64,000 bases of DNA from Callorhinchus milii. Lineage: Eukaryota. The translations under genes and the position numbers were made by a program. The stretch is taken from the NCBI RefSeq assembly GCF_018977255.1, contig NW_024704757.1, forward strand, positions 14,942,001-15,006,000, written 5' to 3'. Each line of letters starts with the position of its first letter. Position 1 is the first letter of the stretch. Below are positions 13,601-27,860 of this stretch, one piece after another. The notes beneath the pieces are model-generated. The model had not been told where the DNA came from. It did no database searches and saw only the letters and a program-made list of their open reading frames with translations.

Positions 13601-16600
13601 CGATTTCTCTGTGGAAGTTCTTACTTCAGTGTCTAAAATCTTTTGTGTTCACATTGGAACTCTCCGGCTAACAACTGCAGTTAGACAAAAATGAACCAAA
13701 AAGAATGGAACATTACCGTCTTACTTAAACTCTCTGGGACGCAGACCTGCGCGAGCAGCGTTATGTAAAAGGAAGTTGCTGTAGCTGTTGATTTAAGGAA
13801 TATTGCAAAGTGTTTGATACCTGCAGGTGCCTCGGTTTCTTGAGATTGATACATCATTGGAAGCTTGGGATCAAGCCTTCCTTTGTACATGATGCCATCA
13901 ATCCCCTGAATCTCAACCTCTTCCTGAAAATACAACATTCGGGTAAATGGAACTCCATATCAAAATACAATACAGTAGTTTTTAAAAAACAAATTACCTC
14001 CAATAAAACGATACATCGACTTTAACTAAATCTGGGAAGCGTGCATTTACCGACACTGAGAAAAACTCACAAAAGCTCAATACTAATGAGCGTGAAATAT
14101 AATAAAGAATTGATAACGTTCGCCGTGACTTGCCTCTATATTTGCTGGATGAGCAGGCTAAGCCAGTTAAATCAGCTAAACAATTTTGAGCAATTTTAAA
14201 AACAAACTACCTTCTAAACATTTTTTTTTAAAAAAAGCAACTTGTACAAATAACTAATTGCACTTAATTTGTTGTTCACGATCATTAAAGGCACTTACCC
14301 TCCTGAATCCTCCACTGGGATCTCCGTACTGATACACTGTTTGAAGATTCAGATTCCTGTTGTTGCGTCTGCTAATGGGACCCGTGACAGTATGACTGCC
14401 ACCACAGGGGCGAGAGGAATTCCTGGTCAGGTGGTCATAGTATTCACCGTACATACTGTGGACAGTAAAATTACATTGCTAAAGTAAAGATTGCAGTGAA
14501 TCACTAAACATGTCAATTTGATATTGTACATTTAAGACAGCAATACTCAACAAAGACAATGGTGACCTACTTCTAAAGTGCAGTACTTCAGTCAACATGA
14601 AAAAGGAAATTGCTTAAATCCAGATAAAGTGCTAATCATTCTCTAGACATATCCTTCACTCGCCATAGGTACCAAACGCAAGTGAGTTAGGTCATTTCTG
14701 AATCGATGCCTGTCCTTTCAATAAAATTTACTTTGCACCTTTGAGATCTCCGTCTCGAGACGGACCTCTTTTAGTCATCACACCCCAGTCATCCCTTTGG
14801 CTTCCACCCACTGCTTGAGTACATTAAGCATTTTGACACATACTCCTGAGGTGAAAGGTGCCAGACAAACAATTTGAATACATTGCAGCCGTCCAGCCAT
14901 TCACACATCTTTTTCCAAAAGCATCAGGACTTTCCCTTAATGGAAAGTCCCATCTGAGAGATAAAACATAATGTTAAGACTTTATGAATCGTCATTGTGT
15001 CTGTATGAGTTAAATTTAAACCCTGGTCCCTAAGATGACGATAACCAAAATCCCTTCGTACACATTATTTAATCTTTATCATACCCTCTTTGTCCTTTCA
15101 CAGAGTCTAATTCAGGTGCAGTTGTGGGTCGAACTCTGGGATGCAAAGCTGAGGCAGCAACGGTAATGAGATGCCTGAAAGAAAGAATCATTTGCAATAT
15201 TTTACTTTAGGTCTTTGTAAATCCAACACATTGTTATTCAAAGCTAGAGTTAAACAAAATTAGCAGCCAGATTAATAGATATTTCTTGCTCTACATATGC
15301 AGCAATCTAACCGATCTGACACCTATCATAGAGGTTATTCATGAAAATGGGAGAAAAAGCATGTTTTGCAACAACTTTAGGGAAACACTAATACACTTGT
15401 GTGTGTTTGTGGGGAGGAGGGGTATTCCTAAATAATAATCCTTGCCTTTGATAACAATAATAATCCTTGCATTTCATAATAATAATAATCCTTGCTTTAT
15501 CACGCTTTTGAGATGTCTCAAAGCACTTTACAGTATATAATAATAATAATAATAATAATTCTTGCATTTGATATAGCGCTTTTCACGTCAGGAGGACGTC
15601 CCAAAGCGCTTCACAGAACACACTGTAAAGTGAATTGACTGTATATTTGTGGGCGAACGCAGCGGCCAATTGCGCACAGCAATGTCCCACAAAGTGTCGT
15701 AGATTGAAAATGAGCAATTTATTATTGTTTTTGGTTTTGGAGACATTATTATTAGGCTCTGTGTGGAGTAAGGAAACTTGCCCAAGGTTTCGCCCTCTGC
15801 CTGGAATTGAACTCAGGTCTCTCACTTGCAAAGCGAGTGCTCTAACCAGAGCTACAGGACTCCACAATATATACTGTAAAGTGAATTGGCTGTGCACTTT
15901 GTGGGCACACAAATAAATAAATGGCAAATATGAAAACATTACCTTTGTTAGCACTAATGAAACGTAACAATACACCCACAACAATGATAATGTCACATTC
16001 CTAAAACAGCTGAAACGACACAGGGCGTCTCAGACACGATAAGAGCACAATGAAGCATGCGTGTAAAGATTTTTTTTTAAAATCACACCAACAGCCTATC
16101 TGCGTGGTCCTCCTGTACTTCCTTTTCCTGTTTGCGCCGATCACTTTTATACTGCACTCGGTCCCTCGCATAGAACCTACCACTCACCTCCCAGTTAACC
16201 AGAGATGGCCAGCCCATTCCCAGGTAATACTTTTTTTTTTGTGAGATCCCTCTGCATTGCAGCAGAGGAAGAGGAGTCCCTTTAAGTCTTTTGATCCCAT
16301 AATTCACTAAGGGTCTCTTCACGTCAGCAGCTCCCTGTTGAACTCCTTGCCAGCACTAGTTTTCCCTGTGGTAGTGATACGCTTTCTTCCTTGGATTCGG
16401 ACAAACGTGTGCAGCTGCGATGCTCACCTGGGTTTCCAATTGGGTCTATGGCACAGGCCTGATCTCCAACCCATTATGCAGCTAACAAAGCAGTTAGAAC
16501 ATTGAAAAGGTCTAAGACGATGGTTATGCATTGTTTGGGTCAAAATAGCATCCAAATCCATATCAAATGTGAAGGAGGAGGATTGGGAGAGTTTTGTGAT

Positions 16601-19600
16601 AATTCTAATAATCCTTGGATTTGCTATTACTCCTTGTCATGTCTTCGAGACATCTCAAAGCACTTCACAGAATGTACTGTAAAGTGAATTGACCGTATAT
16701 TTTGGGGGAAACTGTGGCATGTTACAGTAGATTGAATAATGCAAGTATGGGGATAGAGTGTTTGGAAGTTCTACAATAACTTTTGCCTGGACCAGGGTGT
16801 GTTTTTGTAGTTATTTCCTTCAAGAAATTTCATGGGTGAAGTGAAGTTCAAGATGGAATGTATACTTAGTATTCTGTGGAAGAAACAGAATTGATGGGAC
16901 AAGACCTTTTCTAGTTCCAAACTTTCTAGGTTCTTATCCAGCAAAAACAAAAGGTCTTTATTAAAAACATATGCTTACGGTCCAGGCAGCATCCTTGTAG
17001 ATTTGGCACAAGAAATGCACTTAAATCGCTCAAGCAACTGTCTGGAAAGGTATAAGATAACATTGAAACAAGATACCACCGAAAATTACAATAAATCATG
17101 AAAATAGTAGACAAAGAAATGTTCCTCCTCCAAATGTTACAAGTGCTTTGGCCGAAAGCTAATTTCACAGAAGCACTTGCTTAAAGCCTGATTGATAACA
17201 TGCAACAGACAGCAAAAAAAAAGGTTGGTCAATTTAATTTTGCAGAAGCACAATATTACATTGATTGTAATTTCCCCCGTTACATTACACGAATTTTGGA
17301 ATAATCTTTAATCATTTTATCTATTGATACACTTTATCTACTGTTCTTAAAATAACATTTCAGTTCACTTTGAATGTTTAAGAGGAGAGGGCAACATGAG
17401 GTTTGTACAAATTTTGTCACAGCATTTTGAAGCTTTATGAGGTGCAATAACATTCCATAATCTTGCATGTTTTTTTAAAAATAAATATTTAAGTATACAT
17501 TATTCACAAGTTAAAGTTCTTCATGACTCGAGTTGTTTCAGTACGCTTTAACAGGAGGTTAATTTTCCGTTCTCTTATGTATTACAACAAAAATATGGTC
17601 CAACGGCTCTTATTGTGGTCCCTTCAGTAAAAATTTTGGCATGGTCAGCGTCAAAGAAACATGCTGAGAGCAAAGGTTGGCCACCATATGGAGCTGAAAT
17701 GGCATAAAATATTGCACTAAATAATGTATTATTGGTAAAAGGGAAGACATAACAGCAGTTAAGAATGTGGGTATAAAGCAGGAGAGTTGGCTGATGTAAA
17801 CATCAACTGAATCTTAATCGACTATTGATATGTACCCACAGCATAACCTGAACTGATAGGTGGAAGAAAAATAGGCTACGTGGAATTGTAATATGGTAAT
17901 TGTGGAAGGGAATTGAATTTTCCACGTCAGACCAGGAAAAAACAGAAAGGAGAGGTCAATATACAAGAAACTTCAGAGAAGTATTTTTTTCTTAGTTTGT
18001 GAAGCAGAATATTTGAGAAGGTATTATTTGATTTGAATACTCAAGAGCAGAGCTGACCAATGACTTGGAAGTGGTGAAGCTTTGTGCTCCAGTATATCAT
18101 AGAATCTTACAGCACAGAAGGGAGGCCATTCGGTCCATTGTGCCTGTTCCGGCAGTTTGAAAGAGCGACCCAATTAGTCCCACTCCCCCACTCTTTCCCC
18201 ATAGCCCTGCATTTTTTTTCCCCTTTTGAAGTATACGTCCAATTCCCTTTTGAAAGTTATTATTGAATCTGTTTCCACCACCCTTCAAACAGTGCATTCC
18301 AGATGGTAACAACTTGCTACCTTAAAAAATAATTCTCCTCATCTCTCCCCTTTGATTCTTTTGCCAATTATCTTAAATCTGCGACCTCTGGTTACTAATC
18401 CACACACCAGTGGAAACAGTTTCTCCTTATTTACTCTATCAAAAAACCCTCATAATTCTGAACACCTAATTAGACTTGATACTCTGTTCAAACAAAAATA
18501 ATAGTTGCATTACTTTAGAACACGAAAACAAATCGTAAAGGGAGAAATAAATAGCGACCCAAACTACCAATGAAATAGGAACAACTAAATCCTTTGAGCA
18601 TCTAAGAGCAAGGTGGGAAAGAAAGTACATTACAATGAAGCAAGAGAAACATGGCAAGCCTGAGAACAAAATATCTGAATTAGGAAGAAGGATGATTTAT
18701 TTTACATCACTGAATCATTTATCTGTGTTATTATAAACTGTATTCACTTACTTCCTAAATCCAGCTGCTGAATCTGCCTCAAAACCTGGCCCACTCTTCA
18801 GCTGCTTTTTGAGCTGTCTCCATCTCTCTTCCAACTGTTTCTTTAGTGGATCCAGCTCCATTCGATCCAACTGTCGGAAAATAAATCAAGATTTTAGACA
18901 ACTGAAAGCTAATTGTATTCATAAAAGCCATAGCTTCATGGAGGTTTCATTTTATGATCAACCAATTGAAGTGGATTATTAATCAAACTTCTAGCTTTCC
19001 CAATTCACTATAAACACATCCGTTATATAGATGTATACAACTGTTGTTATTCACTGTGTCAATGCACTCGATCAACAAAAGCCAAAGTGGATCAAAATTC
19101 CAGCAGCTGAGCTTGGCGAGTGTACGGATCATCATATTTTATTTGTGCTCAGCCATATTTCATGACCAACATAGTTTACTGGACTCAAAGTGTGCAAAAA
19201 GTTAGCGGCCACAGAGCTAATTATGAGGTGAGAATGAAGGGCATGAAAGGCATAGGATTGGGCAAAGCAATAAACCAGTTAGTCATAGTTACAGGCACAA
19301 GTGGGGATTTATTACACTATGAGAAACAAACAAAGCAGACCAGAATTAATTATTTTGCACTATTATATATTCAGAGACTAGATTTTTGAAAGACAATTTA
19401 ACAAGTGTCTTAGGAAGAATTTTGGAAATAAATAAAATACAGAATCTCATTACCTTGCAGTCCATATCACAAAGCAGTTTCTCTAAGACCTTCTGCCAGT
19501 CTTTCTCTTGGGCACACACTTTATTCAACAGCTCCTGCATCATTGCATTTAATTGCTGTGCTGTTGCATCGAGTAGTGCCCTACTGACTTTGGCTTCCAA

Positions 19601-22600
19601 GGCTTTCTTGTCCGCTTTCTGTCGTAAACATAAGGAAGAAATATTATTTAAAGCATTGTTTCCTGGGTACGATACTAAAAATATTAAAATGAAATAAACG
19701 CAGTGACTATGCATTTGTAAACAAAACGTTGATTGTGAACGCGCACAACTTGAACAACTAATGGAATTTCACCCCTAATTACCCCACTCTCTCCAAATTA
19801 GATGCAGGATAATTTCTACCAAAGCATAACAGGTGCTCTTCCTCCAGTTCACATGCGGCAACTCGTAATCTATGTGACTGCAGGGAAATTGCAGCTGAGC
19901 CTAACCCTGTTCTCAAATCTCCATAGTTATGCATTTTCAACAGAGATTTCTAGATAGCAATCAGAACCGCAAAACTTGGCTACGTTTTTCATCTCACCGA
20001 AATTGCGGTGCAATTCTACAGCCAAATAGTGCTACTTTGGTTAAGGTTAGCAGATTCCGTAACTGTATTTGAGAACCTTCTAATCTGTAAAGCTTTGCAA
20101 GTTATTGGTTAGATAAATTCAATACATCTTTCAATTCATGATTAATTGGTGAATAAAAAGCATTTCAACTGAAAATACTTTTTATTTATTTATTGAAACT
20201 AAAAGCCTTCTGCTTTGAGGAAATTGTACCACCAATGAAAGGACTGATTTTCTCAGTGCTCCAAGATAATGTTTTTGCCACTGATGAGGCTATGAAACCT
20301 TAAGCACGGTATCTTATAGTGCATGTGTATATATAGTATATAATATAGTACATAATATATAAAAAAAATCTCTTACTACATTGATCTCCATTTCAAGCGC
20401 TTCTTTGTCAGCTTTCTTTTCCTCAAGAATCTCAATCTTCTCTTGAACGTCCTATTACAAAAAAAATTGGAAAAAGTGATATACGTAGGAATAAATTAGT
20501 TTTTGTATTTGAACAAAACCAATGTGAATGTTTTCCTTCAAAACTTATATATAGGGATTGCATATAAGAACACTTAAAAAGTGATGCTTAAGGCAGTCTT
20601 GGATTCTTTTCAAAGTTTAAATATATGACCTGGAGTTCATCATGATCACTTTGGATTGACGAAAGTCTGTTGTCTAAATCTTCTTGTATTTCTTCTAGAT
20701 TTTTCTTGACGCTTGTCAACAATTCTTTGTCCTTAAACAAAGATATACAAAAAAAATGTAAAATATCATGATGCTAACTGAGCTTTTTAAATTTTAAGTC
20801 AAGAATAATTCACATTTTTGAAAAATTATAGGTAGACTATGTGAACGTATTTAAGTTCTATCTAAAAGATGTATAAGCATAGAAGTAACAGAACATCTTG
20901 TCATCTGGACTAGAAAACAACAGATGTGAGTCATTAATAAAAAAAAGATGTAAAAACAAAAACAAATTACTTAAGAATTCCCCATAAATTGTATAAAGAA
21001 TCTGAACATATGAAATTTCTTTAACGACCTTATTGACTTCATTGTGCAATTGTTGTAATCCACTTTCTAATAAATTCAGTCGCTCCAACAAATCATCAGG
21101 AATTCCTTTTTTATCTAAAAGAGAACACATAACTTTATCAACATCCGGACCAAATATTCATCCATCCTTTTTACAGCTTTTGCTCAACAAAGGATTAAGA
21201 AAGAAGTTGCATTGTAGACCGCCTTGTTAATGAAAAAAAGCGCTTTATACAATTACTGTCGAATGTCGTGTTAAGTGTGGCAGAGGGCAGCAAGGTCCCA
21301 GAAATGGCTTTGAGTTACTAGTCCATCAAGGAGAAACTACTGTACATTCTCTTTTGAAATCTTTATCATCCACCTGAAAATAGGCAGATAAGATCTCAGT
21401 TTCGATCCTCACCCCAAACGTGGCATGCTTCTTCCTTTAATCCCAAAATTAAAGGACCACAGGACTAAAGTTGAAGCTCTCACTGAGTTACCATCGAGTT
21501 ACTCAATATGCTGGAGTGTCAATTGACACCTAGCTCAGATTCGAATTGGGCCTTAAACCCCATCCCCCCAACGAAGAGTCTGTTTTGATTCACAAAAAAA
21601 ATGTTTCCTCAAGCTTGTGAATATGACCTAAATGATTTGCCTCAGATAAAACAATGAGGAGATTGTGGAGCAGTCCTTTTTTTTTTATTCTTCTTGCTTA
21701 TCTGCCGTAACTGACCTAGTACTGCCAATCGTTCACGGAGTTCTTTTTCCAGATCCACTACTTTGTCTTTTAGAGTGTAATGACCAGAAGCTGCCTTCAC
21801 CAGGTCATGCAGACTAGATGCGACACCAAGTTGGGCCCCATAATCTTCCACTTGAAACTTAAATAAAGGAAAAGTGAATTACTTCTTGTGAGTTTCTTAT
21901 CAATTGCAATCAGTTATTCTTTCTGTTGAACATTTGTTTTCACTCAGCATTTTTATTTCTACTTCAAATTATAAATCTGAATATTCAGGTTAGTTTTACT
22001 ATCCAACTGCTGACTTTAAATTTTCCAAAAACATTTTACTCATTACAATCACTTTAGTGACAACGATCTTGTACTCCATATATGTACTGGATTTCAAATA
22101 TAATTTGCGATCAGCCTTGCCATCAGCAACTTTTTCCAAGCATAAGGAAAATATCAAACACCAAAAATATTAGAAATGTTAAACAATAATTCACATGTTT
22201 AATATGTACCGCTTCCTTATACGTCATATATAGTCATATGTATTTGAAACCTTCTACAAATCCTTTTCAAACATCATGTAAGAAAAACAACTTCTTGCAT
22301 ATTACAGAAAAGCAACAACTCAAGAGGAGGCGATATACTTTAAAAATAAGAATGATATTACTTTACTCACTTGTTGGTCACCAAGTTCCATTCCAGTATG
22401 CTCAAATGTCACTCCTGTTGGAAGTTCAAGTAATCTAATTTTCTCTTCAAGCTCCAACTAAAAGACAAAAGAAACTATTAAGCTTATCTTTGATAGATGT
22501 ACAACAGAATTATCAATCAACTGTATAAACTGTCACGTTGAGAACTGAAGATCAGTGTAGCAATAAGAAATTAATTCCACAGGTCAGTGATGCTTGTTCC

Positions 22601-25600
22601 ACTCACATCTTTCAGAGCTGTCAATCAGCAGTTTTTCAGCGCATTAATGTGGACTAGATTCAGTCGGGTGCCAGAGGTAAAACTGGGACAAGTGTAAACA
22701 TTTATAGGCAATCATAATCCAAATGATTCAAAAAAAAAAGTACTGTACTCGCCTCTTTATCCAAAAGTTTCTGTAAATCGCCCCATAAGACTAGATCCTT
22801 TGGCTCCGGAAAAGCATTTAGTCTATCTTCAATGGAATGCTGATCAAAGAAAAACAATTTATTTTACTTCAAAGGTAGAAAAATTTAGCAAATGTAAAGT
22901 TTCCACAGAAATCATATGTAAAAGAAAACAAGCAATTGTTTCAATGAGGTGCTTTTGGATTAGATGTGTTAAGTCCCATCTGCCTGCTTTCCCGGAGGAA
23001 TTTAAAGAACTGTAGCTGAGAACAGCTACCTCAGAAATGACACAAACTAGGTCTTCTCGGTAAGCATTACGCAATTTGAATACAGTAATTGTGTAATTTT
23101 ATGACCTCACTATAAAGAATGTTTCTTGATTTTGAGATATTTGTACTTGTTAAAGATATAGGGATTATTTCAACCTGATCAGTTTAACATGGCATTAAAA
23201 AGAAAGTGAACTTTCCGAACTGATAAAAACGGAAGTGCGGGCTTATTATTATTGCCTTAAATCTATGAATACTTGAAAGGTGTAACAATGATCACTGTTG
23301 GGAAGATTTTAGTGATATGGCTTTCGACCAAAAGATTAGAGTAAATGATTAGTGGCAATTGGCAGCAACTTCAATAAAAAGTAAAGGTTGACGAGCTTAA
23401 ATAAATGTTCAGATTTGTTGAGCATATATAAGGGTATGCTTCTGAGAACTGTTCATTGCAGGCGACTGATACTGAAAATCTTCAAAAATGTAACAGGCTT
23501 ACAAATTATTTGTACCCACATGAACAAGTGGGTATTACATAGCAATTCAGCTCTAACATCAATACCTTGTTTACAACTCACCGTCGCTTTAAGCTGCTCT
23601 TCCAGGTTTTGTAGTTTACTTGAGTTGAACTGTTGACACAAAATAATTTCTGCTGAAATTAAATGGTGCAGTGACCGCAGTAATAAACAATCCTGTGATT
23701 AGCGCATAAAGTAGAGACTGGAAATGTTGGAATCAAGTTTAGGCGTTAATTTGAGGCACTTTTATATGGTAAAAATATGATCTGTATAATGGCATTTGAA
23801 TACTAAAACTGTACAGCTTAAATTAGATAATGTCTAAAGTTAAGTTATTTAACTCTACTTTGTCTAATCATAAAACATGGAGCTACAAAATAATTAATGT
23901 TTTATTGGGAAAGGTTATTAAGATTCAAGCTAATACTTAAACGGAAGAAAATCAAATATTTTCTATGCAAACAAATTTACCACTAAGCTCTGAAATGTTC
24001 TGATGTAAATTCTCCCCAGCAAAGGTTGGAAATGCATCAATAGCTGAAGAATAACTCCTTAGCTTCTTTCATTTTCTCCCATCTACAAGTTCCAGAATGT
24101 AAAGCTTTGGGGTACACTTTTTTTGCTCTATATTATTACCTATAATGCCAATAATGTTCGATATTATAGCATCTGGTAAAGTGGTTTCCTACACCTTACG
24201 ATCACTAAAGTTTTTCTCCAGTTAGAACATTTTCCACATTTTTTGTTGCAGTTACTATTTTTTTCTATGCATCTGTTTTTTACTCAGTCGGTTCTGGCAA
24301 GTCCCATTGATAGCACTGTGTTAACCACTTACTGTTGCCCGATGCTTGGAATTGTGAAGTTATTCAGGGTCATCTGGGATCCATTAGGGCAATCTTTTTC
24401 TGTATCTCAGAATAATTTGGTCTATCAAAAAAAAACCTGTGAAATCTGTATGTGATTGCTCTCTGGCAAAGATGTGAATCATGTATCATGAGTTGACATA
24501 AGTTGACTTAGTTACTGTGCTGTGCTCAAACTCACGTTTGCCGAAATTGCTGATAAGCTTCAGGTTTCCACCACTTTTGCTGAATTACAGGACAAATCCA
24601 TGTTCAAATCAGCAGTTTATTGTATTCTGTCCATTAGAACCCCTTCACCAGTTTTGAGTTCACACCTTTATTTCCTGTGTGTATCACCTTTATGAATTCA
24701 GTGCAAAGCATGGTATTTATCAAATTGTGAAATATGCACATAATATTAGGTTTGGTGCTTGGCCTCTTGAATTCTTGGGATGAATGTGGTAAAGATGATG
24801 TCCTTAGTATTTCTAATAATTCAACCTGATCTGCCGATAAACTTCCCTGAGAACATGACTTGGGGACATATCTGTACAAGTTTCTATTATTTCACATTTC
24901 TGGCAGTAAAGTTGATTAACGTTCAGTGTTCAAAATTAAAATTGTAAATGCCTTGTGTTGATTTGACACACTGTGTTGGAGGACGGTGCTATTCCATAAG
25001 CTGTAGTATTAAATCATAGACTTACCAGATTCTGTGGTCCTTCCACCAATAATGTCATAAGATTCCAAATTACTGCAAGCCCTCGATGCCAAAAAAAAGT
25101 CTAAATGCTAGTTCCTCTCAGTTTCAATTTGGATGGTTGGGCTGGAATGCTTGTCTGATTGTGACAGAAGATCATATTTTTCTCAGCTTTTGTAGATCAT
25201 TAAAATGTTACAACTACTGTGGTTTAACAAGTGCTGTGCAGTTAGGGAATTGGTACTTGTTGCAGATTTGGCTGACGTCCCTTTGAGCACTTTATCCAAA
25301 ATAATCTCCAAATCTCATTCCGTAAAACAAGACTTCCTTCACCATCAGCTGTTGACCATTCACTTTCTTGAGATGTAGTATTACAGAGGTCGAGAACTTC
25401 ACTTCCAGTTTGAAAAGTTTTTTTGGTTACTTATCATGGTTATAAATAACCATACCATGTATAACTGCAGACAATATTGTTAGTGCACAGCAGTAAACAT
25501 ATGAAAACTTCAAATGCATCTCAACTCGATCTTTCAAGATAATTACCCAAGCAATATTTAAACATAGTTATCAGTACTTAGAAATGTAAATGGAATTCAT

Positions 25601-27403
25601 AGTTTGAGTTCAAGAGGAAACCATTGCACTGGACCTAATAGTCTAATTTCCATAATTCAGCAGTCACCCTTTTGGAAGATTGAACACATCCAACAAGTTA
25701 CTTAGTGATAGTGTTGATGGTTTTGAGCTACAAGAGCAAACTTCAGGGTATATTTTCTGCTCGGGTCTGAAAATGTCACAGTAGCTGGCAGCCAAGGACT
25801 TGGTGCTGGCAGCATAATGAATGGTATCGTCAAGTTAGCAACACTGTGCAGGATTTTTAAAGGTGTTTTTTTTCTGCTTCTGATCACCACTAACTAAATA
25901 ATGGTTCCGAAACCAGGAAAAAAGGCAGGAACAAAGTCGCCTGATATCCGGGCACATTGGCCAACCGTGTTTCGGTGTTCGTTATTCGGAAAAAACCTTC
26001 CTCCGACACTGTAATATAAAAGCAGCATAAGGGGGTTATTCTCCATTAAACATATGGATAAAGCACACTTAATCATGATTATGATTCAGAACAATGATGA
26101 GCGATCACGCTGCAAAAGTATCTGAACAAGACAACAAACCCCGGTAACCCTAATGAACCCCTCCAGTGATATTAAAGTGGTGCAGATTTGGGATTAAACG
26201 GAAGTGCAAACCGATTTCCCAGAAGGAAACTCACTATAATCGGCAATCACTCTCCCACGAATTGCTGCTTTTCACTAAATTTGAAAATCACGTAACAAGG
26301 ATAACTTCACAGTGTGCTGTTTGCTAAAGTGACCGTCCTGAGCGAAAATCCACGAGTTACTTACTTTGTCAACCTCTTTCCTCAGCCTTTCGTTCGTGGC
26401 GTTCATGGAGTTCATTTCATTCATCAATTCTTGCAATGTTGCCATCACCTGAAATAAGCGAAATAGGTCCTTGTAAACACGAGTTTGATGGGAAGTACCG
26501 CAACAACAACAACAACAACAACAACAACAACTCGGGTCTGTGCAGCGCCCCTCCACGCCGGGCGGCGTCTCGGAGCGCTTCGGCAAGTGTAGTGACTGTG
26601 TGGCTGGTGCACCCGCCACTCGTGGTCCCTCGTACTCGCACGCCAACCTCTCTACACACTCCGAAAGCACTGTCGGAGAGGAGGGTCTCGAGATGAGTCT
26701 CGAAGGAGGCGAGTGGGGGGGTGCGGGGTGGGGGGGGGGAGCGAGGAGGGACTGCGGTGGGGGGTGGGGGGCGTTCCAGAGGGCGGGCGCAGAGCAGTGG
26801 AAGCGCTTTCCCCCCTCCTCCTCCCAGGGGGCAATATACGGTCAAGTGTAGTGACTGTGCGGCCGGTGCGCACCCGCCGCGGCTCCTCGCCTTATTGATC
26901 CCGTCCTCGTTGGCCTCCGTTTTCTTCCGGAGCTGCATGAGCTGCCACATGTCCTTCACCGCCCCGCTGCTGCCGGAGGCCTGGACGGCCGGGGGGGCCT
27001 GCGAGGCCGGGCCAGACTTGCTCAGCAGGTCGGCGGCGGTGGGCAGCTGGTTCAGGGCCTCGAAGGCCGCTTGCAGCCTCGACACCTTCTCTTCCAGCTG
27101 ATGGAACAGCGACTTCCCGACCACCGGCTTGGGGGCCTTGGCCTTGGTCTTGGCCTTGGCCTTCCCCCCCGCCGCCGCCTGCTCCTCCTCCTCCTCCTCG
27201 TCGTCCCCCTCGGTCGGGAGCGGGCCCGAGGGCTTGATGAACTCCTTCTCCTCCTGGTCCACCATCTTGGTGACGTGCCCGATCTCCAGCTGCTCCAGGA
27301 TGCCGTGCAGCAGGGCGTGCATGGCGTTGAAGTTGCACACGCCCACCTCGGGGGTGCCGATGGCCAGGTTGGCCAGCTCGGCCAGGGTGAAGGCGTGCGC
27401 CAT
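10661..27403 (-). CDS. C16orf96: C16orf96-like (QRICH2/C16orf96 family, DUF4795) coiled-coil protein, about 727-742 aa, 18-19 coding exons
   Basis: Phase-consistent exons: 27403-26891 (MAHAFTLAELANLAIGTPEVGVCNFNAMHALLHGIL...NEDGINK), 26448-26365, 23629-23582, 22457-22371, 21857-21716, 21114-21029, 20731-20630, 20451-20377, 19618-19454 (KADKKALEAKVSR...DWQKVLEKL), 18870-18752 (LDRMELDPLKKQLEERW...AAGFRK), 17041-16979 (QLLERFKCISC), 15174-15085, 14455-14299 (RPCGGSHT...YQYGDP), 13923-13821 (EEVEIQGIDGIMYKGRL). Less certain exons follow: 12936-12838, 11706-11608, 11274-11221, 11055-11002, 10704-10661 (alternatively read-through to a stop at 10913). Motifs match the family, and it is head-to-head with CDIP1 as in human. 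Confidence 0.85.
13012..13270 (-). mobile_element. L2 LINE 3' fragment
   Basis: PPYLSDLL-coding remnant, 3' UTR and (TTG)n tail on the minus strand. Confidence 0.8.
15430..15863 (-). mobile_element. Full-length tRNA-derived SINE with multiply duplicated tail
   Basis: tRNA head at 15790-15863; near-identical to the copy at 29464; repeated aataataatccttgc tail units at 15430-15560. Confidence 0.92.
18097..18470 (-). mobile_element. CR1 LINE 3' end
   Basis: atcatagaatcttacagcacagaaggaggccattcgg...ccactccc; related ends at about 50643, 53473 and 59118. Confidence 0.8.
26500..26880 (-). mobile_element. L2/SINE composite fragment in C16orf96-like intron 1
   Basis: (AAC)n tail at 26501-26530, L2-type terminal stem-loop and L2 ORF2-end remnant (SFETHLETLL). 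Confidence 0.65.
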
Positions 27404-27860
27404 CTCGCTCTCTCGCTCTCTCTCTCTCTGTCGTGTGGAGTTAATGCTCCGCCACCGGCGCCTCTCTGTCTCTCTCTCTCTCACTCGCGCCCTCTCGCTC
27501 TCTCTGTCTCGCGCGCGCGTGTGCGTGTGTGAGGCGATGAGGGAAAGCTTTCCCTCCCGCCCCCCTCCTCGGCTCCGCCCCCGTCGCGTGCCGCCTCGAG
27601 GCCGCAAGTACCGCCCCCTCCCACCCCCCCCCCGCTTCCGGCGCCGCCGCCAATCAGCGCTTCGGTCACGCCCACTCACACACACACACACACGCCCCGC
27701 CCTCCTGACGTCGCGTCGCCTCGCCCCGCCCCCACCTCTCTCTCTCTCTCTCTCCTCCCGTTGCCCGGATACCGCCGGCGACGCCCTGAAACGCCCTTTA
27801 TTAGGGCCGGCCCCGCGTCACCGCGCGTGCGCGTGCGCGGCCCCGCCCCCCCCCCTCACC
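27404..27860 (-). promoter_or_regulatory. CpG-island promoter/5' UTR of the C16orf96-like gene
   Basis: Very CpG-rich; CCAAT near 27650, CRE-like TGACGTCG near 27706, several GC boxes, directly upstream of ATG 27403. Confidence 0.6.

Noticed and set aside
14835-14953. Extra C16orf96-like exon after acceptor TCTCAG
   Set aside because: Flanking exons already join in phase and no compatible donor precedes the stop.
26417-27691. 424 aa ORF as a single-exon protein
   Set aside because: Only 27403-26891 is coding; the rest is microsatellite-rich 5' UTR and repeat-filled intron.
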